Below, one piece after another: positions 17,766 to 26,119 of a stretch of DNA of 35,448 nt. Below the pieces are notes generated by a model that did not search any database, was not told the origin of the DNA, and saw only the letters and a program-made list of their open reading frames with translations. A program made the position numbers and the translations under genes. Each line of letters starts with the position of its first letter. Position 1 is the first letter of the stretch. The stretch covers positions 1 through 35,448 of the forward strand of contig CAJOMB010000014.1 in the NCBI GenBank assembly GCA_905235615.1, read 5' to 3'. Source of the DNA: an uncultured Bacteroidales bacterium. Lineage in GTDB: Bacteria; Bacteroidota; Bacteroidia; Bacteroidales; UBA932.

Positions 17766-18590
17766 ATGAAAATAGGGTATTTCATTCTCAGAGATGAGCT
17801 CAGGGCCGATGCCCGCATGCGCTCGCTCCTGAAGGATTTGGAGCAGGCCACCTTTGAGGTATACGAAATTCGTACGAAGAACGATGTGCAGCCGGAGACG
17901 GACCTGGTGCTTTCCATGGGCGGAGACGGTACTTTTCTCTCCGCCGCCCATGTGGTGGCCGATATCGGCCTTCCCATCCTCGGAGTGAATTTCGGACGCA
18001 TCGGCTTCCTTTGCGAAAACCGGCCGGAGGATGTACGCCGGGCCCTCGTGGAAGGGGATTTCCGCATCGAGTACCGCACGGTGCTCAACGCCACCCTCAA
18101 GGGACCGGAGGCCCGCAAGACCATCGGCATGCTGCCCTATTCCGTGAACGAGGTTGCCTTGCACCGCGCCGGATCGGCCGTGCTGGGCATTCATGTGAGC
18201 ATTGACGGAGAGCCGCTTCCCACCTATTGGGCCGACGGCCTCATCGTAGCCACTTCTTCCGGCTCCACCGCCTATTCCCTGAGCGTGGGCGGCCCCATCT
18301 GCATGCCGGACACCAAGGCTCTGGTGGTGGCACCCATCGCCCCGCACAACTTGAACGTGCGGCCCATCGTGCTGCCGGAAACGGCCAAGGTGGACATCTC
18401 CTTCGAGTCCCGGGATGGCCGGGCCACCATGTCCACGGACAACCGGGTGGTGGAAATCCAGCCGGATTGGAGCATCCATGTAGAGATGGCACAATTTTCG
18501 CTTAAACGTATCCGGCTCGCCCAGTCCGGCTTCGTGCAGGCTCTTACCTCGCGTCTGTTCTGGGGAGAAGATATGAGAAACAATGGATAA
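17766..18590 (+). CDS. nadK: NAD kinase
   Basis: GGDGT, GVNFGRIGFL, NE motif, ADGLIVATSSGSTAYSLSVGGP. Alternative TTG start at 17748. Confidence 0.95.
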   Translation: MKIGYFILRDELRADARMRSLLKDLEQATFEVYEIRTKNDVQPETDLVLSMGGDGTFLSAAHVVADIGLPILGVNFGRIGFLCENRPEDVRRALVEGDFRIEYRTVLNATLKGPEARKTIGMLPYSVNEVALHRAGSAVLGIHVSIDGEPLPTYWADGLIVATSSGSTAYSLSVGGPICMPDTKALVVAPIAPHNLNVRPIVLPETAKVDISFESRDGRATMSTDNRVVEIQPDWSIHVEMAQFSLKRIRLAQSGFVQALTSRLFWGEDMRNNG

Positions 18591-19287
18591 CAAAACCTTA
18601 CCCAAACACGTCTCCATTATCATGGACGGGAACGGCCGATGGGCCAAAGCCCGCGGTCTGGACCGTACCTGCGGCCATACGGAAGGGGTGGAGAGCGTCC
18701 GTGCCTGCATAGAATTCGCCGTTGAGAAGGGAATTGAATACCTGTCGGTGTATGCTTTCTCGGAGGAGAACTGGAACCGTCCCGCCTATGAGGTGGACGC
18801 TCTCATGGAACTGATGATGAAGGCCATGATCAAGGAGACGGACACGTTCCTGACCAATCACGTCCGTTTCCTGGTGCTGGGAAACCGTGCCCGCCTGTCA
18901 GACTCCATCAACCGGACCATCGACGAACTGGAGCGGATCACCTCGAAGGACTACGGCACCACCCTCATTCTTTTTGTGAGCTACAGCGGCAAGTGGGACA
19001 TCCTCCAGGCCATGAAGAATGCGGCCTCGGAGCTCTCCAAAGAGGATTTTCAGAAGATGGAACTGGCCGATTTCGACCGCTACCTGGTGACGGCCGGCAT
19101 CCCGGATCCGGACCTGTTGATTCGCACCTCCGGAGAAATCCGCATCTCCAATTACCTGCTCTGGCAGACAGCCTATACGGAATTCTATTTCACGGACGTT
19201 CTGTGGCCGGACTTCCGCAAGGAGGAATTTTCCAAGGCCCTGGAAGCCTATGCGCAGCGGGACCGCCGCTATGGAAAAGTGAAATAA
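18583..19287 (+). CDS. uppS: Undecaprenyl diphosphate synthase
   Basis: HVSIIMDGNGRWA, YAFSEENWNRP, DLLIRTSGEIRISNYLLWQ, RDRRYG. Confidence 0.97.
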   Translation: MDNKTLPKHVSIIMDGNGRWAKARGLDRTCGHTEGVESVRACIEFAVEKGIEYLSVYAFSEENWNRPAYEVDALMELMMKAMIKETDTFLTNHVRFLVLGNRARLSDSINRTIDELERITSKDYGTTLILFVSYSGKWDILQAMKNAASELSKEDFQKMELADFDRYLVTAGIPDPDLLIRTSGEIRISNYLLWQTAYTEFYFTDVLWPDFRKEEFSKALEAYAQRDRRYGKVK

Positions 19288-19293
19288 AATGCT

Positions 19294-19301
19294 TACCTTT
19301 G
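19294..19301 (+). promoter_or_regulatory. Internal -7 box upstream of bamA
   Basis: TACCTTTG in the 34-nt uppS-bamA gap, 20 nt before the ATG. Confidence 0.6.
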
Positions 19302-19321
19302 CAAGATAACATTTCTCAGGA

Positions 19322-21904
19322 ATGACTGTAAAAAAGATACTTTGCTTTGCGGCTCTCATGCTGGCAGCCCGGGGAGTTTGGGCCCAGAGCGGCGTGGGAG
19401 GCGTGGAAGTAGATTATAACCGCCCCAAGTCATATGTAGTGGGCGGTGTGGGCATCGAGGGGAACCAGTATTTCAACGAGCACCAGATTCTGCAGCAGGT
19501 GGGCTTGCAGAAGGGGCAGTCCATCACCGTTCCCGGTGAGGACGTCACCAGCATCGTCAAGCGTCTGGTGGCCCAGCGTTACTTCGAAGACGTGGCCGTG
19601 GTGGTGGATTCCCTGAATGCATCGGCCGATACGGCCTGGTTCAAGATTGTGGTGCGGGAACGTCCCCGCGTGTCCCGCTGGACGTATTCCGGCGTCAAGT
19701 CCGGTGAAAAGAAGGACCTTCAGGAGCGTCTGAACCTGCGTCCGGGCCGGGAATACTCGGAGTATGTGAAGAATACTTCCATCGACATCATCAAGCGTTA
19801 TTATAAGGAGAAGGGTTACCTGAAGGTGGAGGTGAATGTGGAGGCCGTGCGGGACACCATGATCCGCAGCGCCATGCGGGTGAACTTCCATGTGGACAAG
19901 GGCCCCAAGGTGCGCATCAAGGACATCAATTTCATCGGCAACACACATGTCTCCGAAAGAAAACTGGCCAAGAACATGAAGGAAACCCACGCCAACAAGT
20001 GGTACAATCTGTTCAAGTCCAAGAAGTTCAAGGAGAAGGAGTATGAGACAGACCGCAAGACGGTGCTGGACGCCTTCAACGAGGCCGGTTACCGCGACGC
20101 CCGTCTGGTGAGGGACTCCGTGTACTATACTCAGGACGGAAAGCACCTGGCCATCGACATGGTCTTCGACGAGGGTGAGAAATACTACTTCCGCAACATT
20201 ACCTGGACGGGTAACTCCGTCTATCCCACGGAAGCGCTCAACAACATCCTGCAAATCAAGAAGGGTGACGTTTACGACATGGTTACCCTCAACAAGCGCC
20301 TCAAGGGCGGCGGAAAGGAGAACGAGTACGACGTGTCCAAACTGTACCGTGACAACGGCTTCCTCTTCTTCCAGGTTACCCCCGTGGAGGTGAATATCCA
20401 GAAGGACTCCGTAGATCTGGAGGTGAGAATCGCGGAAGGCAAGCCCGCCACCATCAACGACGTAATCATCAACGGAAACGACCTCACCAACGAAAGGGTG
20501 GTCCGCCGCCAGGTGATGACGCGCCCGGGCTACCTGTTCAGCCAGTCGGATTTCGAGCGTTCCATCCGTGAAATCGCTTCCATGGGTCAGTTTGACCCTG
20601 AAGCCATCATGAAGGAGGGCGGTTATTCCATCCTGCCCAACCAGCTTAACAATACGGTGGACATTGTTTATAACGTGAAGGAAAAACCCTCCTCCCAACT
20701 GGAACTTTCCGGCGGTTGGGGCGGTAACACCTTTGTGCTCACGGCCGGTATCAGCTTCAACAATTTCTCTACGCGCCGTATTCTGGAGAAGGGAGCCTGG
20801 CGGCCGGTTCCGCTGGGTGACGCCCAGAATCTGGCTTTCCGCTTCCAGACCAACGGCAAGTATTACACCAACATCAGCGCCAGCTTCACCGAGCCCTGGC
20901 TCTTCGGCAAGAAACCTACGTCCCTCAGCATCTCCGGCTATTATTCCAAGATGACGGACTCCTACCTTGCCATCGGCATCCTCTCCACGGACAAGATGTT
21001 CGAGGTGTTCGGTTTCAACGCCGGCTTGGGTACGCGCCTCAAATGGCCGGACAACTACTTCGTCCTGTCCGGATCGGCCAGCTGGCAAACCTATAAGCTC
21101 ACCAACTGGACCAACAGCTATTTTGCCTTCAACGACGGTATTTCCCATAACCTGAGCTTTACCATCAATCTGTCCCGTAACTCCTCCGACCAGCAGATTT
21201 ATCCCCGTACGGGCTCCGAGTTCTCCACCTCCCTGCAGTTCACTCCGCCGTATTCGCTGTTTCGCCGTTACACGTATGACGAGAACGGAAACAAGGTGAA
21301 GGTGAACAGCTGGAAAGACGTGAATTACGATGACTGGACGGCCGCCCAGCGTTACAAATGGATTGAATACCACAAGTGGAAGTTCAACGGGACGGTGTAC
21401 ACCAAACTGGTGGGAGACCTGGTGCTCATGACCCGGGCACAGTTCGGCTTCCTGGGCTATTATAACAGAAACTGGGGCTATTCTCCCTTCGAGAACTTCC
21501 AGGTGGGCGGTGACGGTATGTCCGGTTACATGACTTACGGTGCGGAAATCATTTCCCTTCGCGGTTATACGGACTATTCCCTTACGCCCCGGAAGGTTAC
21601 GCCTTACAGCCAGAATGGTATCAGCTATGCTGGTAACCTGTATGACAAGTTTACGGTGGAACTCCGTTACCCGGTTATCCTCCAGCCGCAGAGCACCATC
21701 TACGCCCTGGTGTTCCTCGAGGGCGGTAACTGCTGGAGCGATATCCGCGAGTTCAATCCCTTCCAGATCAAGCGAAGCGCCGGCGTGGGCGTGAGGGTGT
21801 TCCTCCCGATGATTGGCCTGCTGGGTGTGGACTGGGGCTACGGATTTGACGATGCCACCAACGGAAGGAGCCAGTTCCACTTTGTTCTGGGTCAGCAATT
21901 CTAA
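19322..21904 (+). CDS. bamA: Outer membrane protein assembly factor BamA
   Basis: Signal peptide, POTRA repeats, SQLELSGGWG, FTEPWL, SLRGY loop motif, C-terminal FHFVLGQQF. Confidence 0.96.
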   Translation: MTVKKILCFAALMLAARGVWAQSGVGGVEVDYNRPKSYVVGGVGIEGNQYFNEHQILQQVGLQKGQSITVPGEDVTSIVKRLVAQRYFEDVAVVVDSLNASADTAWFKIVVRERPRVSRWTYSGVKSGEKKDLQERLNLRPGREYSEYVKNTSIDIIKRYYKEKGYLKVEVNVEAVRDTMIRSAMRVNFHVDKGPKVRIKDINFIGNTHVSERKLAKNMKETHANKWYNLFKSKKFKEKEYETDRKTVLDAFNEAGYRDARLVRDSVYYTQDGKHLAIDMVFDEGEKYYFRNITWTGNSVYPTEALNNILQIKKGDVYDMVTLNKRLKGGGKENEYDVSKLYRDNGFLFFQVTPVEVNIQKDSVDLEVRIAEGKPATINDVIINGNDLTNERVVRRQVMTRPGYLFSQSDFERSIREIASMGQFDPEAIMKEGGYSILPNQLNNTVDIVYNVKEKPSSQLELSGGWGGNTFVLTAGISFNNFSTRRILEKGAWRPVPLGDAQNLAFRFQTNGKYYTNISASFTEPWLFGKKPTSLSISGYYSKMTDSYLAIGILSTDKMFEVFGFNAGLGTRLKWPDNYFVLSGSASWQTYKLTNWTNSYFAFNDGISHNLSFTINLSRNSSDQQIYPRTGSEFSTSLQFTPPYSLFRRYTYDENGNKVKVNSWKDVNYDDWTAAQRYKWIEYHKWKFNGTVYTKLVGDLVLMTRAQFGFLGYYNRNWGYSPFENFQVGGDGMSGYMTYGAEIISLRGYTDYSLTPRKVTPYSQNGISYAGNLYDKFTVELRYPVILQPQSTIYALVFLEGGNCWSDIREFNPFQIKRSAGVGVRVFLPMIGLLGVDWGYGFDDATNGRSQFHFVLGQQF

Positions 21905-21927
21905 TCAGGTACGGTATTTGATAGTAT

Positions 21928-21954
21928 TGTCATTCTGAGCGAAGCGAAGAATCT
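21928..21954 (+). repeat. Solitary CGTC/TGTC-type REP-like palindromic element
   Basis: TGTCATTCTGAGCGAAGCGAAGAATCT, with ATTCT/AGAAT outer stem and GC-GAA-GC mini-hairpin; recognised from memory as a widespread small repeat family. Confidence 0.6.
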
Positions 21955-22000
21955 GTAATTTTGAATGTTGTATAATTTTGAAAATTAAATTATTAAAGAT

Positions 22001-22549
22001 ATGAAAAAACTATTTGTCATCGCCCTTGCGGCACTTGCTACCCTCACTGCCTCTGCCCAGCAGTTCGGCCGTGTGAATTTCAATGAGATTGTGATGCTGG
22101 CTCCTGAAATGGATGCAGCCCGCGAGGCCATTGCCGCCTCCCAGAAAGAGGCCGAGGAGACCTATTCTTCCATGCTGGAAGAGTACCAGGGCAAGATGAC
22201 CCAGTACCAGCAGAAACAGGCCACCTGGACGGCTGCCATCAAGGAAAGCAAGGAGCGTGAGCTCATGGAAATCCAGAATCGCATCCAGGAATTCCAGCAG
22301 TCCATCTCCCAGGAACTTCAGCAGCAGCAGGCCCAGCTCACCGCTCCCATTCAGGAGAAGGCCAGCAAGGTGGTTTCCGAGATTGCCAAAGCCAAGGGGC
22401 TTACCGCCCTGTTCGATGCTTCCCAGGCCATCTACTTCGATGAGACCAAGGTGATTGACATTACCCCCGAGGCCCGCAAAGCCATGAACATCCCCGACAG
22501 CCGCACCCTCGAAAGCCTCCAGGCCGAACTCCAGGCCCAGCAGCAGTAA
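22001..22549 (+). CDS. skp: OmpH/Skp periplasmic chaperone
   Basis: Signal peptide, FGRVNFNEIV..PE, long coiled coil, IDIT; directly after bamA. Confidence 0.9.
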   Translation: MKKLFVIALAALATLTASAQQFGRVNFNEIVMLAPEMDAAREAIAASQKEAEETYSSMLEEYQGKMTQYQQKQATWTAAIKESKERELMEIQNRIQEFQQSISQELQQQQAQLTAPIQEKASKVVSEIAKAKGLTALFDASQAIYFDETKVIDITPEARKAMNIPDSRTLESLQAELQAQQQ

Positions 22550-22573
22550 TATCGGCCCATTGGATTATATCCC

Positions 22574-22601
22574 AAGCCCTCCTTTCCCGGAGGGCTTTTT
22601 T
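22574..22601 (+). terminator. Intrinsic terminator after skp
   Basis: AAGCCCTCC-TTTCCC-GGAGGGCTT followed by a T run. Confidence 0.88.
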
Positions 22602-22649
22602 GTGGTAAAAAGATTTGCAGAGGTGTAAAATCTTTGTACCTTTACAATA

Positions 22650-22950
22650 GCATGTTATAAGATAACCCGCTTATGTGGGCTGCGCCTGACTCCTCCCTTT
22701 TACGGCCCTTCGGTCCGTAACGGTCGTCAAACACACGGCGCAATGCCCGTCCGGCATCCCCCTGTCCCGACCAGCTTTCGTCTCCATCATTTGACCCAAC
22801 AACACGTTTGCGGCCATTTTTGTTCACCTCGCGTACCTTTTGGTACGCAGGATGCACGTTTTCAGCCAATAGTGTGTTATTCCCTTTCTGGCAGTGACTT
22901 TTCAGACTCTTAGTTGTTAAAAAATAGCTACGCAAAAAGTTTTCACAAAT
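22650..22950. other. Hairpin-rich non-coding element (candidate ncRNA, leader or miniature repeat element)
   Basis: GC-richer island with four short stem-loops (22666-22679, 22700-22720 with cUUCGg, 22743-22757, 22831-22848), preceded by TTTG-19nt-TACCTTTA (22614-22644). No recognisable protein. Confidence 0.35.
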
Positions 22951-22956
22951 TTATTG

Positions 22957-23014
22957 GGAATTCGCTTTTAATTCTTTACATTTGTAACGGAATTGAAGCG
23001 AATTCCTTTTATTT
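22957..23014 (+). promoter_or_regulatory. gdhA promoter embedded in a terminator-like inverted repeat
   Basis: GGAATTCGCTT (22957-22967) pairs with AAGCGAATTCC (22996-23006); TACATTTG at 22977-22984 lies in the centre; TTTTATTT follows. Confidence 0.6.
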
Positions 23015-23038
23015 ATAACACTAAACATCGTTTTTGTG

Positions 23039-24382
23039 ATGAAAACAACTGACATCATGGCACGCCTCCAGGCCAAGTACCCGTTGGAGAAAGAGTATCT
23101 GCAGGCGGTTCAGGAGGTTCTGGAATCCATCGAGGATGTGTACAACCAGCATCCGGAGTTTGAGAAGGCCAAGATTGTGGAGCGTCTGGTAGAGCCGGAC
23201 CGCATCTTCACCTTCCGCGTAACCTGGATTGACGACAGGGGCGAGGTGCAGACCAACACCGGTTACCGCATCCAGTTCAACAGTGCCATCGGTCCTTATA
23301 AGGGCGGTCTCCGCTTCCACAAGGCGGTGACCCCTTCCATGCTCAAGTTCCTTGGCTTTGAGCAAACTTTCAAGAATGCCCTCACCACCCTTCCGATGGG
23401 CGGCGCCAAGGGCGGCAGTGACTTTGACCCGGTGGGCAAGTCCAACGACGAAATCATGCGTTTCTGCCAGGCTTTCATGCTGGAACTGTGGAACTGCATC
23501 GGCCCGGATCAGGATATTCCTGCCGGTGACGTGGGTGTGGGCGGCCGTGAAATCGGTTACCTCTATGGCATGTACAAGAAGCTGGCCCGGCAGTACAACA
23601 CCGGCGTTCTCACCGGCAAGGGCGGCACCTGGGGCGGTTCTGTCCTCCGTCCGGAAGCCACCGGTTTCGGCGCCCTGTACTTCACCCAGCATCTTTTGGA
23701 GAAGGCCGGAAAGGATATCAAAGGCAAGAAGGTGGCACTCTCCGGCTTCGGCAACGTGGCGTGGGGCGCCGCCACAAAGGCCCGCGAACTGGGCGCCAAG
23801 GTGGTGGCCATCAGCGGTCCCGACGGCGTTTGTGAAATCCCCGAAGGAATCACCCCTGAAATGATTGACTACATGCTGGTCATGCGTGCCTCCAACCGCA
23901 ACAAGGTGGAGGATATGGCCACCAAGTTCCCCGGTCAGGCCAAGTTCACCGCCGGCAAAAAGAGCTGGAGCATTCCCGTGGACATCGCCCTCCCTTGTGC
24001 CTTCCAGAACGAGCTCTCCGAGGACGATGCCAAGGAGCTCAAGGCCAATGGCTGCTGGTGCTGCTGCGAGGTGTCCAACATGGGTTGTCAGCCCGGTGCC
24101 ATCCACTACTTCCAGCAGAGCGGCGTGCTCTTCGCCCCCGGCAAGGCCGTGAACGCCGGCGGCGTGGCCACATCCGGTCTGGAAATGACGCAGAACGCCG
24201 AGCATATCTCCTGGGACGCGCAGGAAGTGGACGCCAAGCTGCATTTCATCATGAAGAGCATTCATGAGCAGTGCGTGAAGTACGGCACCCAGCCGGACGG
24301 CAGCGTGGACTATGTGAAGGGCGCCAACATCGCCGGCTTCATGAAGGTGGCCACCGCCATGCTGGAGCAGGGGACCATCTAA
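23039..24382 (+). CDS. gdhA: NAD(P)-dependent glutamate dehydrogenase
   Basis: GPYKGGLRFH, LPMGGAKGGSDFDP, DIPAGDVGVGGREIG, RPEATGFG, SGFGNVA, KAVNAGGVATSGLEM. Confidence 0.96.
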   Translation: MKTTDIMARLQAKYPLEKEYLQAVQEVLESIEDVYNQHPEFEKAKIVERLVEPDRIFTFRVTWIDDRGEVQTNTGYRIQFNSAIGPYKGGLRFHKAVTPSMLKFLGFEQTFKNALTTLPMGGAKGGSDFDPVGKSNDEIMRFCQAFMLELWNCIGPDQDIPAGDVGVGGREIGYLYGMYKKLARQYNTGVLTGKGGTWGGSVLRPEATGFGALYFTQHLLEKAGKDIKGKKVALSGFGNVAWGAATKARELGAKVVAISGPDGVCEIPEGITPEMIDYMLVMRASNRNKVEDMATKFPGQAKFTAGKKSWSIPVDIALPCAFQNELSEDDAKELKANGCWCCCEVSNMGCQPGAIHYFQQSGVLFAPGKAVNAGGVATSGLEMTQNAEHISWDAQEVDAKLHFIMKSIHEQCVKYGTQPDGSVDYVKGANIAGFMKVATAMLEQGTI

Positions 24383-24401
24383 CAACAAAAGATTTTGTAT
24401 G

Positions 24402-24434
24402 ACGGTGCTTCATTTCGATGGAGCACCGTTTTTT
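24402..24434 (+). terminator. Intrinsic terminator after gdhA
   Basis: ACGGTGCTTCAT-TTCG-ATGGAGCACCGT stem followed by a T run. Confidence 0.88.
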
Positions 24435-24469
24435 ATGGATAATTTCAAGGTAATCTGCCAATTTATGCT

Positions 24470-24477
24470 TAAATTTG
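24470..24477 (+). promoter_or_regulatory. -7 box for the M49-like/SLC13/porin/PMM/M23 operon
   Basis: TAAATTTG, 28 nt before ATG 24506 and downstream of the gdhA terminator. Confidence 0.6.
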
Positions 24478-24505
24478 CAAACTAAACCGATTCAAACAGA
24501 ACGTG

Positions 24506-26104
24506 ATGAAAAAATTTCAGATGGCAGGTGTTCTCCTGCTGGCCGCAGCAGCCCTCTGGTCCTGCAAGGAAGGCCGTACAAAGGCGGAACGCCTCTTGGA
24601 GAACTATGCTCAGGTGACCATTCCCGCTCCGGACCTCTCGGGAATCACCGACAACGGAAAGGAGGTTCTGAACCTGTATCGCTTTGCCGCCGACGAGGCC
24701 GATGCCATATACTGGAAGCAGGTTTTCGGGGAGAAGCTTTTCTTCAGCGCCCTTCCCGCGGCGGAGCGTGAGTTCGCTTATATCAACTACGGTCCCTGGA
24801 ACCGTATTGACAACCAGCCGTTCATAGAAGGTTTCGGCCCCAAGCCCGCCGGCGCCCGTTTCTATCCGGAAGACATGACGGATGAGGAATTCATGGCCAT
24901 AGAAGATCCGGCCAAGGAAAGCCCCTATACGCTTATCCAGCGGAACAACAAGGGCGGCTTGGACGTAATCTGGTACCATGACGCCTACAACGCCCATGTC
25001 AAGAAAATGGCAGACTATCTGAGGGCCGCCGCGGACATCACCATCAAGGAGAGCGTACGGAATTACCTCCTGAAGAAGGCCGATGCCATCCTGACGGACA
25101 ACTACTACGAGAGCGACTACGCCTGGCTCCAGATGGACGACAGCAAGATGGACCTGGTGATCGGCCCCAACGAGGCCATCGATGACGAACTGTACGGAAA
25201 GAAGGCTTCCTATGGCGCCTATGTGCTCCTGAAGAACCTGGACCGCACCGCCAGCCTGAACAAGATTACCCGCCGTCTGCCCGAGTTGCAGGCCTCCCTG
25301 CCCGGCAACCCCGAGTACCTTACCTTCGTTCCCGGCGTGGCTTCCAACATCTCCTCCTGCGACGTCATCTATTATGGCGGCTACACCAACGCCGGCTACA
25401 AGGTAATTGCCATCAATTTCCCGTATGACGCCAAGGCACAGGAAGATTTCGGCACCCGTACCATCCTGTTTGACAATATCATCCGTGAGAAATTCAACCG
25501 TACCGTGTTCCCGTTGGGCCATGTGCTGCTGGAACCGGCCGACCGCGCCCATCTGGACGCCAATGCCTTCTACTGGACTATCGTGTTCCGTGAGGTGGCC
25601 AAGGGCCTGGGCGTGAAGGAAACCGTGAACGGAAGAGGTTCTGTGACGGAAGCCCTTGGCAATGAGGCTCTTACCTTGGAAAAGGCCAAATCCAATGTTT
25701 TGGGTGCGTACCTGTGTATGCAGGAGGTGGAAGCCCACCGCGTGGATGCCCTCATCATGAAAAACGACGTGATTGCCACCTTCGTGGCCAATGTCATCCG
25801 CTCTTCCCGTTTCGGAGCCGGTGATGCCACCGGACGCGCCAACCTCCTCGTTTACAACTATCTTTTGGAGAAGGGCGCCATTTCCCGTCAGGCTTCCGGC
25901 AAATATATGCTGGATTATGCCGCCACGGAGCAGGCTGTCTCCGACCTGGGAGAGGACATCCTCAGGATTCAGGCCACCGGAGACCGTGATGCCGCTGATG
26001 AGATGGTGGCCCGCTACGCCGTCGTGAGCGCTCCGCTCAAGGCCGATATCGTGAACCTGGAACTGGAAAAGATTCCGGTGGATATCCGCGTGAAGTACGA
26101 ATAA
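24506..26104 (+). CDS. Peptidase M49 (dipeptidyl-peptidase III)-like lipoprotein with degenerate zinc-binding site
   Basis: Lipobox LWSC; family motifs INYGPWNRID, FYPEDMT, SPYTLI, YYESDYAW, DLVIGP, AINFPYD, IPVDI. HExxH reads REVAK and EExKAD reads EKAKSN. Confidence 0.85.
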   Translation: MKKFQMAGVLLLAAAALWSCKEGRTKAERLLENYAQVTIPAPDLSGITDNGKEVLNLYRFAADEADAIYWKQVFGEKLFFSALPAAEREFAYINYGPWNRIDNQPFIEGFGPKPAGARFYPEDMTDEEFMAIEDPAKESPYTLIQRNNKGGLDVIWYHDAYNAHVKKMADYLRAAADITIKESVRNYLLKKADAILTDNYYESDYAWLQMDDSKMDLVIGPNEAIDDELYGKKASYGAYVLLKNLDRTASLNKITRRLPELQASLPGNPEYLTFVPGVASNISSCDVIYYGGYTNAGYKVIAINFPYDAKAQEDFGTRTILFDNIIREKFNRTVFPLGHVLLEPADRAHLDANAFYWTIVFREVAKGLGVKETVNGRGSVTEALGNEALTLEKAKSNVLGAYLCMQEVEAHRVDALIMKNDVIATFVANVIRSSRFGAGDATGRANLLVYNYLLEKGAISRQASGKYMLDYAATEQAVSDLGEDILRIQATGDRDAADEMVARYAVVSAPLKADIVNLELEKIPVDIRVKYE

Positions 26105-26119
26105 TCAAAAACTACAATA

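Noticed and set aside
19430-21898. 822-aa antisense ORF opposite bamA
   Set aside because: Shadow of the sense gene caused by strong codon bias; no recognisable motifs.
22770-22795. Hammerhead-like text on the minus strand (ATGATGGAGACGAAA)
   Set aside because: Lacks the CUGAnGA core and the required flanking stems.
22642-22935. 97-aa minus-strand ORF in the skp-gdhA gap
   Set aside because: TTG start, no consensus promoter, atypical composition and no recognisable family; the region is treated as non-coding.
23021-24388. 455-aa antisense ORF opposite gdhA
   Set aside because: Same shadow-ORF artefact; His/Gly/Leu-rich with no domain signature.
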